Shown here in pieces: positions 37,482-47,964 of a stretch of 64,000 nucleotides of DNA; the stretch's first letter is position 1; each line of letters begins with the position of its first letter. Below the pieces are notes generated by a model. That model had not been told where the DNA came from, made no database searches, and saw only the letters and a list, made by a program, of their open reading frames with translations. The DNA lies in the NCBI GenBank assembly GCA_902774115.1, contig CACYHH010000003.1:63580-127579 (forward strand), written 5' to 3'. The translations under genes and the position numbers were made by a program. The stretch comes from an uncultured Spirochaetales bacterium (lineage in GTDB: Bacteria; UBP6; UBA1177).

Positions 37482-40388
37482 ATGTCTGTCGTTATCCGCC
37501 TTGCAGATCTCGTAGCTTCCGATTCATATTTCGACGGATGCGCTCTGCACGGGCAGAATTCCACAATGATACTTTCGGTATCGGTCAAAGAAGGAATCAC
37601 GTTCGTGCAGGGATCTGCAGGCGGATGCGATGTCAGACTCGAAATAGACGAGTTCGGCAATCTTTTCAACAGTGTCTGTTCCTGCCACAGTGGCGGTATC
37701 TGCGCGCATATTGTCGGAGTCGCGCTTTCTTTCAACGATCTTTCGATGGATAATACCGACATTTCGGAACAGCTTTCGCGTTTCAACGTGAAAAAGGATA
37801 CCCGCAAGACAGAGGCTCCTTTCAAACTTCTGATCGACAGAAAAAGCTGTTCGGCAAAGATAGAAAACGGCGGAGATCTTCAGCTCAAAAGGCTCTCTTC
37901 TCTTTTGACCGGCAATGATCCGCTCCTTCTGGTTTCGCTGTATCCCGAAAAATTCGCAATAGGTCAGCTGCAGCTTTTTTCAGCCGTTCATCCGCTGATC
38001 CTTTCGTATGACGTTGATTCTGAAGGGATCGATTTTTCAATGCCAGAGAGCATTTTCTACTCCGAAAAAAACGGTGTCGCGATCGACCTTGACGAAGGTT
38101 CTGTCTGGCGTTTTCCCGCCGGAATCAGAGATACAGTTTCAGCTCTTGCCGGAAAAACGATCGGCTACTCCAGAAAAGAGGCTTTGATCAAGGCGGTTTC
38201 CGATCTCAGTGACAGTTTAAGTCCCGAAGTGGTTTTAAGCGGCATCTTCAATCTCAAGAAAATAGAGCTTGACGAAAACACGAATGTAGTTTTCAAGACA
38301 GAGCTTCGCGAAGGAAAAGTCTTCCTGAAGATCTTTCTTAAAAACGGCAGAACGTCGATTGAATTTCAGCCGCGAAAAAAGAATCTTGAGCAGAAATATC
38401 CGGTAAACGGACGCATCTATTCGATAGATCCGCAGCTTGTAAAAAATATAAAATCGGCTCTTGCAGAAGACGGTTTCAGGCTTTTCAAGAATTCATACGT
38501 TGTTCCGATGCAGGAGTATTCGAGGATATTTTCGCCAGAAAGTGCTCTGTCGCAGATCGGAACGGTCGTAAACGAGCAGGAGATCAAAAAGATTAATATT
38601 CCTCAGTCAGCTGCCGAAAAGTCGGAGATCGTTCTTGACGTCAACTCGGACGAACAGTGGTTTTCGTTCAACATCAAACTGCCGCAGATGTCGGATTTCA
38701 TCCCTTCATCATCGCTTGTCGAAGCTGTAAAACAGTTCGAACGCGGCATCGAAGAGCCGGTGGTCAACGATACGGAAGGTAAACCTGTGATTCTTGAAAA
38801 CAGCTCGGATTTTCTTGCTAAAGTCGCAGACATGATAGGTTCCGCACTTTACGCTGACGGTGAAAAACTGCCTGTTGCGAACTTAGTAGGGCTTTTGAAG
38901 GCGAAAAACAGGAAAATTCTCAAAAATTTCACCGGTTCTGCCGAAGCAAAAAAGAAATATATCTCGATTTTCGATTCACTTGCGAAAGGTGAGCTTCCGC
39001 ATCCGGACGAAACGCTCCTTGCCGGAATCCCTCTCAGAAAGTATCAGCTCGAAGGTTTCCGCTGGATGTCGCTTCTCAAGGCGCTGGGGTTGGGCGGTGT
39101 CCTTGCCGACGAAATGGGCTTGGGCAAAACACTGCAGTCGCTCTGCATGATAAAATCGGAAACCGGAGATATGCCGTCAATAGTCGTCTGTCCTAAAACC
39201 CTTGTCTGGAGCTGGGACCGCGAGATCGAGAAGTTCTTCCCCGACATGAAGCGGACGGTCATCGATTCGCTCAAGCCGGAAGAGAGGATCGCAAAGTGGA
39301 AAAGCACTGGAAAAGAGCTCATAATTACGTCTTATTCGGTAATCATCAACGATTTTTCACTGGTCAAGGACAAATTTTTCGAGACGATAATCATAGACGA
39401 GGCTCAGCAGATTAAAAACAACAACACCAAACGCTTCAAAATCCTCAATTCGCTCAATTCGAAGCACCGTTTCGCCCTCACAGGAACGCCGCTTGAAAAC
39501 CACGTGAGCGACCTTTGGAGCATTTTTCATTTCATCATGCCGGATTATCTCGTCAGCAGAAAGGATGTCGACAAAATGGAGAAGAACGGGAACAACGAAG
39601 AACTTGATATTCTCCGCAAAAAAACGGCTCCGTTCATTCTGCGCCGCCTCAAAAACGAGATTCTTGACGAGCTTCCCGAACTTATAATCAAGGAGTATCC
39701 GGTCGAAATGACTCCGAAACAGAGGGATGTCTACCTGACGGCTGCGCTGAGAGGAAAGGCTGAATTTATCGACCGCGGCGATTCGATAAACAAAATAGAG
39801 ATCCTTGCTCTGCTTTCAAAGCTCAGACTTGCCGCAAACCACCCTTCGCTGGCTGCCGAAGTAGATCCTGTTCCTGAACTTTCCGGGAAAATCGCCGCAA
39901 TTCTTGAGCTTTGCGACGAGATTTTTTCCGGCGGCGGGAGAGTGCTGATTTTCAGTCAGTATGTCAAAATGCTGAAAATAATTGAAACTTCTTTCAACGA
40001 AAACGGTATCGGATATTTTTATATGGACGGCGACACGAAAGAGCGCATGGATCTTGTCGAAAAGTTCAACTCCGGAGAAAAAAACGCCTTCCTGCTCAGT
40101 CTGAAAGTCGGCGGAGTCGGTTTGAATCTCACCGGAGCTGATCACGTAATCATCGTCGATCCATGGTGGAATCCCGCTGTCGAAGAGCAGGCTTGGTCGC
40201 GAGCCCACAGAATCGGTCAGACTAAAAAGGTCGTAGTTACAAAACTTTACTCGAAGGGAACGATCGAAGAAAAAATTCTCAATCTCCATCAGAAAAAGCG
40301 CGGAATGATAGATTTTTTCCTTTCGCAGAGCCTGAAGGAACCGAGCGAAGATTTTGTAAAAATGGTTGCAGATCTGGCATTTGAATAG
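37482..40388 (+). CDS. SWIM zinc-finger + SNF2-family helicase (RapA/YwqA-like)
   Basis: SWIM CxCx(n)CxH (CSCHSGGICAHIV). SNF2_N DEMGLGKTLQS and DEAQ box. Helicase-C motifs. Confidence 0.75.
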   Translation: MSVVIRLADLVASDSYFDGCALHGQNSTMILSVSVKEGITFVQGSAGGCDVRLEIDEFGNLFNSVCSCHSGGICAHIVGVALSFNDLSMDNTDISEQLSRFNVKKDTRKTEAPFKLLIDRKSCSAKIENGGDLQLKRLSSLLTGNDPLLLVSLYPEKFAIGQLQLFSAVHPLILSYDVDSEGIDFSMPESIFYSEKNGVAIDLDEGSVWRFPAGIRDTVSALAGKTIGYSRKEALIKAVSDLSDSLSPEVVLSGIFNLKKIELDENTNVVFKTELREGKVFLKIFLKNGRTSIEFQPRKKNLEQKYPVNGRIYSIDPQLVKNIKSALAEDGFRLFKNSYVVPMQEYSRIFSPESALSQIGTVVNEQEIKKINIPQSAAEKSEIVLDVNSDEQWFSFNIKLPQMSDFIPSSSLVEAVKQFERGIEEPVVNDTEGKPVILENSSDFLAKVADMIGSALYADGEKLPVANLVGLLKAKNRKILKNFTGSAEAKKKYISIFDSLAKGELPHPDETLLAGIPLRKYQLEGFRWMSLLKALGLGGVLADEMGLGKTLQSLCMIKSETGDMPSIVVCPKTLVWSWDREIEKFFPDMKRTVIDSLKPEERIAKWKSTGKELIITSYSVIINDFSLVKDKFFETIIIDEAQQIKNNNTKRFKILNSLNSKHRFALTGTPLENHVSDLWSIFHFIMPDYLVSRKDVDKMEKNGNNEELDILRKKTAPFILRRLKNEILDELPELIIKEYPVEMTPKQRDVYLTAALRGKAEFIDRGDSINKIEILALLSKLRLAANHPSLAAEVDPVPELSGKIAAILELCDEIFSGGGRVLIFSQYVKMLKIIETSFNENGIGYFYMDGDTKERMDLVEKFNSGEKNAFLLSLKVGGVGLNLTGADHVIIVDPWWNPAVEEQAWSRAHRIGQTKKVVVTKLYSKGTIEEKILNLHQKKRGMIDFFLSQSLKEPSEDFVKMVADLAFE

Positions 40389-40396
40389 GAGATGGC

Positions 40397-40822
40397 ATGG
40401 AAAACTCACTGAAAAAACGTATTTTGGGAACAAAAAGAGGCTTCTACGGTCTGATTATTTCGGTTGTAAGCATCATCGCGCTCTGCTGGATGCTCTATGC
40501 GAGAGACGATGCGCGTGCCGAATTCGAGCAGCTTAAGGCAGATGGTTGCTTCACGGATGACAACTCATGGAAGCAGCTTGACCAGGAGGAGCAGACAAGA
40601 CGAAACAGCAAGGAGTTTACGCGGCGCTGCATGGCTGCATCCAACAGACTTTCCCAAGCCGAGAACGCGCCTTCTATTTTCGCGGTGCTTTCGATCATCG
40701 GTCTGCTGCTTCTTTCGTCGTCTCTGGTCGCGGTAAAAAGCGATGCCGATAAAGTCCTGGAAGAATTCGAAAAAGAGGAATCTGAAAAAAAAGGAGAAAA
40801 AGATGATAACAAACTATCTTGA
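40397..40822 (+). CDS. hypothetical membrane protein
   Basis: Two TM helices flanking a charged segment. No motif recognised. Confidence 0.25.
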   Translation: MENSLKKRILGTKRGFYGLIISVVSIIALCWMLYARDDARAEFEQLKADGCFTDDNSWKQLDQEEQTRRNSKEFTRRCMAASNRLSQAENAPSIFAVLSIIGLLLLSSSLVAVKSDADKVLEEFEKEESEKKGEKDDNKLS

Positions 40823-41393
40823 CAAGATTCCGGCAATAGATCCGGAAGCGGTTATTTTCAAAACATCCGACGTTATCGGCGATGTAACTGTCGGTGCCGG
40901 AAGCGGCATCTGGTTCGGTGCAGTCGTCCGCGGAGACGTCAACAGCATCAAAATCGGGAAAAGGACGAATATTCAGGATAATGCGACGATTCACGTTACT
41001 ACGGCGCTTTATCCGACAGTCATCGGTGACGACGTTACGGTCGGTCATAATGCTGTAATCCACGGTTCGATAATTGCGGAAAACGTTCTCATCGGAATGG
41101 GCGCAGTCGTTCTCGACGGCTGCAAAATCGGCAAAAACTCGATAATTGCTGCGAATTCTGTTCTTTTGGGCGGAACCGAAATTCCTGAAGGCGTTCTCGT
41201 TGCCGGCAATCCTGCCAAAATAAAACGCGAAGTTACGGCGGAAGAGATCGAAGGTTTGAGAAAATCGGCCGAGAATTATGCGAGATATGCACGCAACTAT
41301 TTGACTTCTTCAAAAGATTCAATATATTCTTCGTCCGATATGAAACGGGTCATCGAAAGTTTAACATTTGATAAATCAGGGGGCGTAAAATGA
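40803..41393 (+). CDS. gamma-carbonic-anhydrase-like hexapeptide-repeat protein
   Basis: Left-handed beta-helix hexapeptide repeats and a His triad context (IHVTT...HNAVIHG). Confidence 0.6.
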   Translation: MITNYLDKIPAIDPEAVIFKTSDVIGDVTVGAGSGIWFGAVVRGDVNSIKIGKRTNIQDNATIHVTTALYPTVIGDDVTVGHNAVIHGSIIAENVLIGMGAVVLDGCKIGKNSIIAANSVLLGGTEIPEGVLVAGNPAKIKREVTAEEIEGLRKSAENYARYARNYLTSSKDSIYSSSDMKRVIESLTFDKSGGVK

Positions 41394-42946
41394 GAAAATT
41401 TCTCGTTGCTGTTTTTTGTATTTTTTCAGTTATGACGGTTTTTGGCGCAGACAACAAAGATCGTCTGCTTACAGTAATTTTTACCAATGACGGACACGGT
41501 ATGGCTTGGAAATTCGACGAGCCGCACAATCCCGGAATCGGCGGACTTGCAGCTCAGAAGACTCTGGTTGACAACATCAGAGCTGAAGTTCAGGGCAAAG
41601 GCGGAAGCGTTCTTGTTCTCAGTGCCGGCGACATCACGCTCGGCGATCCGAGAAGCAACATCTGCGAAAATATCCCGATGGTAGAGGGTATGAACCTTGT
41701 CGGCTACGACGCAATGGCTATCGGAAACCACGAGTTCGACTTCGGTTTCGAAGCTTTCAAAAAAATGCAGGAAACGGCGAAATTCCCGTTCCTCAGCGCA
41801 AATATGTATAAAGAGGGCGGAGAAGAGTCGATCGGCAAAAACTACATCGAAAAGAAAATGGATGACGGACTCAAAGTTGCAGTGCTTGGTCTTACGACCC
41901 GTGAAACAGAGAGTATTTCGAGCCAGGGTCTCAAAGGCAATATCACGATGAGTGATCCGGTGGAAACCGCTAAACTGTGGGTTCCGATTCTCAAGAAGAA
42001 AAACGATGTCGTTATTGTTTTAAGCCACCTCGGTTTCTACGACAGCGACAAAAGTTTCGACGGTTACGAAGGCGACAACTACCTTGCAAAAGCGGTTCAG
42101 GGAATTGACCTCATTGTCGGCGGACACACCCAGAGACAGCTTGCAAGCCCGGTAAAAATCGGTGACACCCATATCGTTCAGACTGAAGGTCTCGGCAAAT
42201 GGGTCGGCAGAATCGACTTCTATTTCCAGGGAACAAAAATCGTAAAGACCGATTACAAACTTTATCCGATCAACCTTAAGGAAAAAACTGATAAAGGCTA
42301 CAAATTTGTCGGCGAAGAAATCAAAGAAAACAAGGCTATGGTCGATATGCTCAACGGTTTTAAATGCGAATTTTCGACCAAACAGATCGGCACGATAGAC
42401 AGAGATCTTGAAGGTGCAGACGATATCGCAAGGAAGAAAGAGGTCGAACTCGGCGACATAATCACCGACATCATGCGTGAAAAGACGAAAGCCGACATAG
42501 CTCTTCTGAACGGCGGAAGCATCAGACAGTCACTCAAGAAAGGTGCTGTTACAGAAAAGGACATTTACAGCATTTTCCCCTTCCAGGATACGGTTTACAC
42601 TGCTGAACTTACCGGTGCTCAGATTCAGGAAGTTCTTGATTTCTTTGCTCAGAAAGGAATCGGTGCCGGCGGATTCCTTCAGGTTTCAGGGATCGAAATG
42701 AAGATCTTGAAAGGTGATGCACTTGATGTCAAAGTTGCAGGCAAACCGCTTGAAAAGGGCAAAAAATACAAAGTCGCCCTCAACTCGTTTATCGCAAACG
42801 GCGGCGACGGATACGCTATGCTTAGAGATGTCAAATCCAAGAAAGACACAGCTTACCTCCTTTCTTCGATCCTTGTCGATTATATGAAAGCAAACGGAAC
42901 TTTCGCAAAAACGAAAGTCGGCCGCATAAAAATTTACAACAAGTAA
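41390..42946 (+). CDS. secreted 5'-nucleotidase (second paralogue)
   Basis: Signal peptide. TNDGHGMAW, SAGDITLGD, GNHEFDFG metallophosphatase motifs. 5'-NT C-domain. Confidence 0.75.
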   Translation: MRKFLVAVFCIFSVMTVFGADNKDRLLTVIFTNDGHGMAWKFDEPHNPGIGGLAAQKTLVDNIRAEVQGKGGSVLVLSAGDITLGDPRSNICENIPMVEGMNLVGYDAMAIGNHEFDFGFEAFKKMQETAKFPFLSANMYKEGGEESIGKNYIEKKMDDGLKVAVLGLTTRETESISSQGLKGNITMSDPVETAKLWVPILKKKNDVVIVLSHLGFYDSDKSFDGYEGDNYLAKAVQGIDLIVGGHTQRQLASPVKIGDTHIVQTEGLGKWVGRIDFYFQGTKIVKTDYKLYPINLKEKTDKGYKFVGEEIKENKAMVDMLNGFKCEFSTKQIGTIDRDLEGADDIARKKEVELGDIITDIMREKTKADIALLNGGSIRQSLKKGAVTEKDIYSIFPFQDTVYTAELTGAQIQEVLDFFAQKGIGAGGFLQVSGIEMKILKGDALDVKVAGKPLEKGKKYKVALNSFIANGGDGYAMLRDVKSKKDTAYLLSSILVDYMKANGTFAKTKVGRIKIYNK

Positions 42947-42978
42947 TTCTTTCAATTCAGATTTCAAAGGTATCAAAT

Positions 42979-43953
42979 ATGAAAAAAATCCTCGGTATGG
43001 GAAATGCTCTTCTGGATATTCTTGTAGCTTTGCCCGGAGATTCAGTTCTGTCGGAACTCGGTCTGGTCAAAGGAAGTATGCAGCTTGTCGATCTTGCTTT
43101 CAGCGAAAGAGTTCTTAAAACGGTCGAAAATCTCGATTTTTCACTCGTAAGCGGCGGCAGCGCATCGAACACGATCCACGGTCTTGCAAAACTCGGAGTC
43201 GAAACTTCGTTCATCGGAAAGGTAAGTGACGACGAATTCGGTTCCATTTTTGAAAAAGATATGCTCGCTTCTTCGATCCGTCCGATTCTTTTCCGTGACG
43301 AGCCGCAGACGGGCAGGGCGATAGCGCTTATTACTCCTGACTCTGAGAGAACTTTCGCGACTTATCTCGGTTCGGCGGTAAAACTTGCGGCTGATGAACT
43401 TACTGCCGGTCTTTTCAAAGGTCACGATCTTTTCCACGTCGAAGGCTATCTTGTTCAGGATCACGATCTGATCGAAAGATCGCTCGTTCTTGCAAAAGAG
43501 GCGGGACTTACGACTTCGCTTGATCTTGCAAGTTTCAATGTCGTTGTCGAAAATTTAGGATTTCTGCAGTCGATAGTTGAAAGATACGTTGATATCGTTT
43601 TTGCAAACGAGGAAGAGGCTCGCTCCTTCACCGGTCTTCCGGCTGAAGAAAGTGCTTTGAAAATTGCCGAAATGTGCAAAATCGCAGTTGTCAAGACAGG
43701 TCCGAAAGGCTCGCTTGTCGCATGCGGCAAAGATCTGCTTACGATTCCGCCGGTTGATGCTAAACGTGTCGATACGACAGGCGCCGGAGACCTTTATGCA
43801 TCAGGTTTTCTTTATGGTTATGTCAATGGTCTCTCTCTTGAAAAGAGCGCAATGGCGGGAACGATACTCGCAGCTTGCGTCATCGAAAAAATCGGTGCGA
43901 AAATACCCGATGAATGCTGGCCTGCAATGGTGGAAAAGATAAGAGCGTTATGA
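42979..43953 (+). CDS. PfkB-family carbohydrate/nucleoside kinase (adenosine-kinase-like)
   Basis: DTTGAGDLYASGFLYG PfkB signature 2. N-terminal GG motif. Confidence 0.6.
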   Translation: MKKILGMGNALLDILVALPGDSVLSELGLVKGSMQLVDLAFSERVLKTVENLDFSLVSGGSASNTIHGLAKLGVETSFIGKVSDDEFGSIFEKDMLASSIRPILFRDEPQTGRAIALITPDSERTFATYLGSAVKLAADELTAGLFKGHDLFHVEGYLVQDHDLIERSLVLAKEAGLTTSLDLASFNVVVENLGFLQSIVERYVDIVFANEEEARSFTGLPAEESALKIAEMCKIAVVKTGPKGSLVACGKDLLTIPPVDAKRVDTTGAGDLYASGFLYGYVNGLSLEKSAMAGTILAACVIEKIGAKIPDECWPAMVEKIRAL

Positions 43954-44315
43954 GTGCAAGTGTGATTTTTCTCATTCTGGCGATAGTTTTCAACGCCGGA
44001 GCCAATATTTTTATGAAAGCCGGAGTAATGGCGGAGCCTGTTAAACTTAGCGACGGCATAATTCCTTTCGTGCTCAGCTACATCACAAATTTCAAACTCA
44101 TGGCGGGCATAGCATGTTTCGGCATAGCACTCGTTTTTTACACGAAGGCGCTTGAAAAGTTCAACCTTTCAATAGCTTATCCGATGATGACTTCGTGCGG
44201 TCTCATAATCGTTACGCTCTGGTCGCTTTTCGTTTTTCAGGAGAAACTGAGTGCAGTGCAATTCGGCGGACTTTTTATGATAATAGGTGGAATATGGCTT
44301 TTAAACATTCACTGA
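43950..44315 (+). CDS. SMR/DMT-superfamily small membrane protein (ArnE/F-like)
   Basis: About 120 aa with 4 TM, typical SMR length. Start overlaps the upstream stop. Confidence 0.4.
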   Translation: MSASVIFLILAIVFNAGANIFMKAGVMAEPVKLSDGIIPFVLSYITNFKLMAGIACFGIALVFYTKALEKFNLSIAYPMMTSCGLIIVTLWSLFVFQEKLSAVQFGGLFMIIGGIWLLNIH

Positions 44316-45316
44316 TTTTTTGTACGATCCTTCTTTTCATAAGTTCGTGCGCCTATTCCGGTTTCAAAAAATATGCCGATGTTCCGGAAGAGGAGTTCAA
44401 AATCGAAGAGATGAATTTCGATGAAGATTTCAAGGAATTTGCCGAAGGAGATATGAACTACACTGTCGGAGTCGGCGACGAAATCAAGATCACGATCTAC
44501 GGAAACCCTCAGGACAGTACGCAGGCAACCGCTCTTGGCGAGATTTTCGGTCATGCCGTAGATGAAAACGGCGAAATCAACATTCCTCTTTTGAAACAGG
44601 TGAAAATTGCCGGTCTTACAAGAAAGGAAATTGTCGAAAAACTTGAGGAAGGTTATTCGAAATTCATCAAAGATCCGCATATAATGTTTGATATCGTCAA
44701 ATACGAAAGCAAATTCTACTATGTTGTCGGCAACGTAAAAAACGCCGGCAAAAATCCGATAAAAGTCAATACGAATATGCTTGAAGCGGTTACCGGAATG
44801 GTTCCTTCGTCTTCTTCTGAAAAAAATTCGATTGAGTTCGTCTATCTTAAACGCGGTGAAAATGTCCTTCCGATAAGCGTCAGCGAGATGGCGACGGGAG
44901 CGCGCGATTTTTCGAAGTATTACCTGAAAGACGGCGACACTTTCTATGTTCCGGCTCCTTCCGCAAACAGAGTCTACATTCTCGGTGAAGTCAAAAATCC
45001 CGGCGCTTTCGAGATGACCGGCAGCAACTACACGATGATAGACCTTGTTGCAGATGCCGGAGGTCTTGTCCAGCCTAATGCAGCCGACGGAAGGATATAT
45101 ATGATTCGTCAGACCGGCGGAAAACACCTTTTGGTTCAGTTTCACTTTGATGATATTATGACCGGAAAAGCGGGTTCAGTGCGTCTTATGCCGGGTGACA
45201 GAGTTTTCGTTGCTCCGCTCGCTCTGGTCAGTTACAACCGCATAATACAGCAGATCGCGCCGACATTCTCACTCCTTTATACCGGAACACTTCTCTACAA
45301 CAACTGGACAAAATAA
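44294..45316 (+). CDS. polysaccharide export lipoprotein (Wza/Poly_export family)
   Basis: Lipobox (LLFISSCAY). Poly_export-like YTVGVGDEIKITIYG. Repeated SLBB-like segments. Confidence 0.55.
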   Translation: MAFKHSLIFCTILLFISSCAYSGFKKYADVPEEEFKIEEMNFDEDFKEFAEGDMNYTVGVGDEIKITIYGNPQDSTQATALGEIFGHAVDENGEINIPLLKQVKIAGLTRKEIVEKLEEGYSKFIKDPHIMFDIVKYESKFYYVVGNVKNAGKNPIKVNTNMLEAVTGMVPSSSSEKNSIEFVYLKRGENVLPISVSEMATGARDFSKYYLKDGDTFYVPAPSANRVYILGEVKNPGAFEMTGSNYTMIDLVADAGGLVQPNAADGRIYMIRQTGGKHLLVQFHFDDIMTGKAGSVRLMPGDRVFVAPLALVSYNRIIQQIAPTFSLLYTGTLLYNNWTK

Positions 45317-45352
45317 CTAAATTAAACGTTACGACGGAACGACGTCACGGTG

Positions 45353-47836
45353 TTACGATTTCAGTTTTTCTTCGATTGCTTCTTTTACGGCTGAAGCGAG
45401 TTCTTCGCGGGTTTTTCCTTCCGGATTTATCGGCGGAAGATATGTGACATTGATTCTTTTGAAAGGGTGGGGAAATTTTCTGTTGCGGGGAAACGCTTCA
45501 AATGCACCGTCAATCGCAACAGGAATGACCGGAACGCTGATTTCGCAGGCAAGGAGGGAGAATGTCTGCTTGAAATCGCCCAAACCGCCGTCGCGGCTGC
45601 GTGTTCCTTCCGGGAAAATCAGGACGTTGCGCCCTTTTTTGAGAACTGATGCCATCCGTTTTATCGAATCGACGATCTCTTCGTCTTCACGCATGATTAT
45701 GATGTTGTTGCGTTTTGCCATGTATCGGCGCCACCACTGCTTGAAGTGCTTTTCCTTGGCGAAGCAGTAGGTGCGTTTGAACTCTTTTGCCGGAATTTTT
45801 GCCAGCACGAAAAGGGCATCTACCACGCTCTGGTGGTTTGCGGCGAAGATGACCGGTCCTTCGGGAATATTTTCAGTTCCGAAAAAGCGGACTTTGAAGA
45901 AAGTTCTGACCGCGCTTACAAGAGAAAATCTAAGAAGTCTGTGGTAAAACGCGCTTCTCGGTAGCTCGATGTTGTTGATATTTTCCCTGAGAACCGTTTT
46001 CCAGTCCTGTTTTGCGCTGTTAACTTTTCTGCTGCTTCTTTCGGCTGTGAAACCGGCGATTTTGCGAACGGTTGCCATATTCTGAATGTCGGTTTCGCTG
46101 ATTTTTATGCCGAATTCCGAATTGATGAACGATGCCAGTTCGATTTTGTCGAGCGAGTCGAGCCCTAAATCGATTTCGATATGGTCATCCGGAAAGACCT
46201 TTTTTTCGCTTGTTTTCTCAATATATTCAGCGATTTTTGCATATTCTTTGGTGCCGGGGATCTCGCACTTTGCCCGTTTTTCGTCCTTGTTTTTAAGAAA
46301 TTCCTCAAGTTTGAAACGCTGGATTTTGTCGAGTCTCGTCCGCGGCAGCGGCTGGTTCGTTAAGGTAAAATCGAGTATTTTTTTATGGTGTGAAGCCGTT
46401 GAGTTGTATCTGTCGATGATTTCCCAGCGTATGTATTCTTCTAAATTCGGGATCTGCCGCTCTGCAAGTATTTTTTCATCAGGTCTGATGATGGCGCAGA
46501 GAACGCCGTTTTTCGCTATGACCGCGATTTCTTTGATCAAAGTGTCGCTTCTTTCGATATTCTGCTCGATTTCGGTCGGATTTACGTTTTTGCCGTTGCC
46601 GAGAATGATGATTTCTTTTTTTCTGCCGGTGATGCAGAGGTTTCCCTCTTTGTCGAAGTGACCGAGATCGCCGGTGTAAAGCCATCCGTCACGCAGAACT
46701 TCGGCAGTTTCTTCGGGGCGGTTGTAGTAGCCTTTCATTATGTTTTTTCCGGTCGCAACAATCTCTCCGTCAACGATTTTTACCGTTCCTTTCGAAAGTT
46801 CGGTTCCGACGCATCCCGCTTTGCCTTTGCCGGGGCGGGGGAAGGTTATCATCGGGCTTGCTTCGGTCATCCCGTAGCCGTCTCCGATCGAAAAACCGAG
46901 CACTTTGAAGCAGTTCCAGACCTCGGGATCGAGCTTCGCGCCGCCGCAGATGAAGTGTTTAAGATTGCCGCCGAATTTTTTTGCGACCGATTTGAAGATT
47001 ATTTTTGAAAAAGCGGTGCTGTTCGCGATTTTTGCTGTTCTGAATATAGCTTTCGTGAGAAATCCCGAGTTTATTTTCTGCATGATCCCTTTCATCATCA
47101 TTTCGTAGAATCTGGGGACTGCAAGGATCATCGTCGGGTGGCTTTTTTCCATCATTTTGGCAATGTCGGAAGCCTGGAGCGACGGGCAGATTACGGCTTT
47201 TCCTCCGCCTAAAAGAGGAGCTACGACCGTTCCTAAAAGCGGAAAGATGTGGTGCAGCGGAAGAATCATCAGAACGACATCTGAGCTTGTGTAGTAGCCG
47301 CATTCCTGAAGTGCGTCCATGTTTGCCATGATGTTGCGGCATGAAAGCATGACCCCTTTCGGTGAGCCCGTTGTGCCGGAAGTGTAGATTATAAGTGACG
47401 TTTTTTCCTTGTCTTCGACATCGAAATCTGCGGCTTCGTATTTGGAAATGTCGCCCTTTATTTCCTCGAAAACGATCTTTCTTATCTCAGTTTTACCGGA
47501 AATTTCTATTGCTTTTCCGACATTTTCACGCACCTTTTCCGAGAAGCAGATCACGTCCGGCGAACAGTCGTTGATGATGTAGGCGATTTCTTCCGGAGTG
47601 CTCATGAAATCGACAGGAACGACGATCCCGTCCGATTTCCAGATGCCGTAGAACGAATAAATATATTCAGGTCTGTTTTCGCTTATGATAAGGACTCTTT
47701 TTCCGTCGAGATTGCCGAGAATATCAGAAAAAAACGCGACTGTTTTGAGCAGATCCGAGTATGTGATTTCTGAATTTTCTGTAACTATCGCGATGTTGCT
47801 GGTGTTTTTCAGGAACATGCCTCTCTCCTCCGGCAA
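45353..47836 (-). CDS. tri-domain acyl-AMP ligase - acyl carrier protein - lysophospholipid acyltransferase fusion
   Basis: AMP-binding IIYTSGTTGSPKGV. Internal PP-binding DLGLDSLDKIELASFI. C-terminal LPLAT NHQSVVD (HX4D) and FPEGTRS. Confidence 0.7.
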   Translation of the reverse strand: MPEERGMFLKNTSNIAIVTENSEITYSDLLKTVAFFSDILGNLDGKRVLIISENRPEYIYSFYGIWKSDGIVVPVDFMSTPEEIAYIINDCSPDVICFSEKVRENVGKAIEISGKTEIRKIVFEEIKGDISKYEAADFDVEDKEKTSLIIYTSGTTGSPKGVMLSCRNIMANMDALQECGYYTSSDVVLMILPLHHIFPLLGTVVAPLLGGGKAVICPSLQASDIAKMMEKSHPTMILAVPRFYEMMMKGIMQKINSGFLTKAIFRTAKIANSTAFSKIIFKSVAKKFGGNLKHFICGGAKLDPEVWNCFKVLGFSIGDGYGMTEASPMITFPRPGKGKAGCVGTELSKGTVKIVDGEIVATGKNIMKGYYNRPEETAEVLRDGWLYTGDLGHFDKEGNLCITGRKKEIIILGNGKNVNPTEIEQNIERSDTLIKEIAVIAKNGVLCAIIRPDEKILAERQIPNLEEYIRWEIIDRYNSTASHHKKILDFTLTNQPLPRTRLDKIQRFKLEEFLKNKDEKRAKCEIPGTKEYAKIAEYIEKTSEKKVFPDDHIEIDLGLDSLDKIELASFINSEFGIKISETDIQNMATVRKIAGFTAERSSRKVNSAKQDWKTVLRENINNIELPRSAFYHRLLRFSLVSAVRTFFKVRFFGTENIPEGPVIFAANHQSVVDALFVLAKIPAKEFKRTYCFAKEKHFKQWWRRYMAKRNNIIIMREDEEIVDSIKRMASVLKKGRNVLIFPEGTRSRDGGLGDFKQTFSLLACEISVPVIPVAIDGAFEAFPRNRKFPHPFKRINVTYLPPINPEGKTREELASAVKEAIEEKLKS

Positions 47837-47964
47837 AAAACAGGCGCATATTATTTATTTCGGCATGAAAAGTAAAGATAGTACCGGTTTTTATGCAGGA
47901 ATTGTGAAAAAATCAAAAAACATTATAATGCACCGCTTTTTGATTTATTGACTGTCGGTGATTT

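Noticed and set aside
44309-45145. 278-aa minus-strand ORF
   Set aside because: It lies antisense to the Wza-like export lipoprotein gene.
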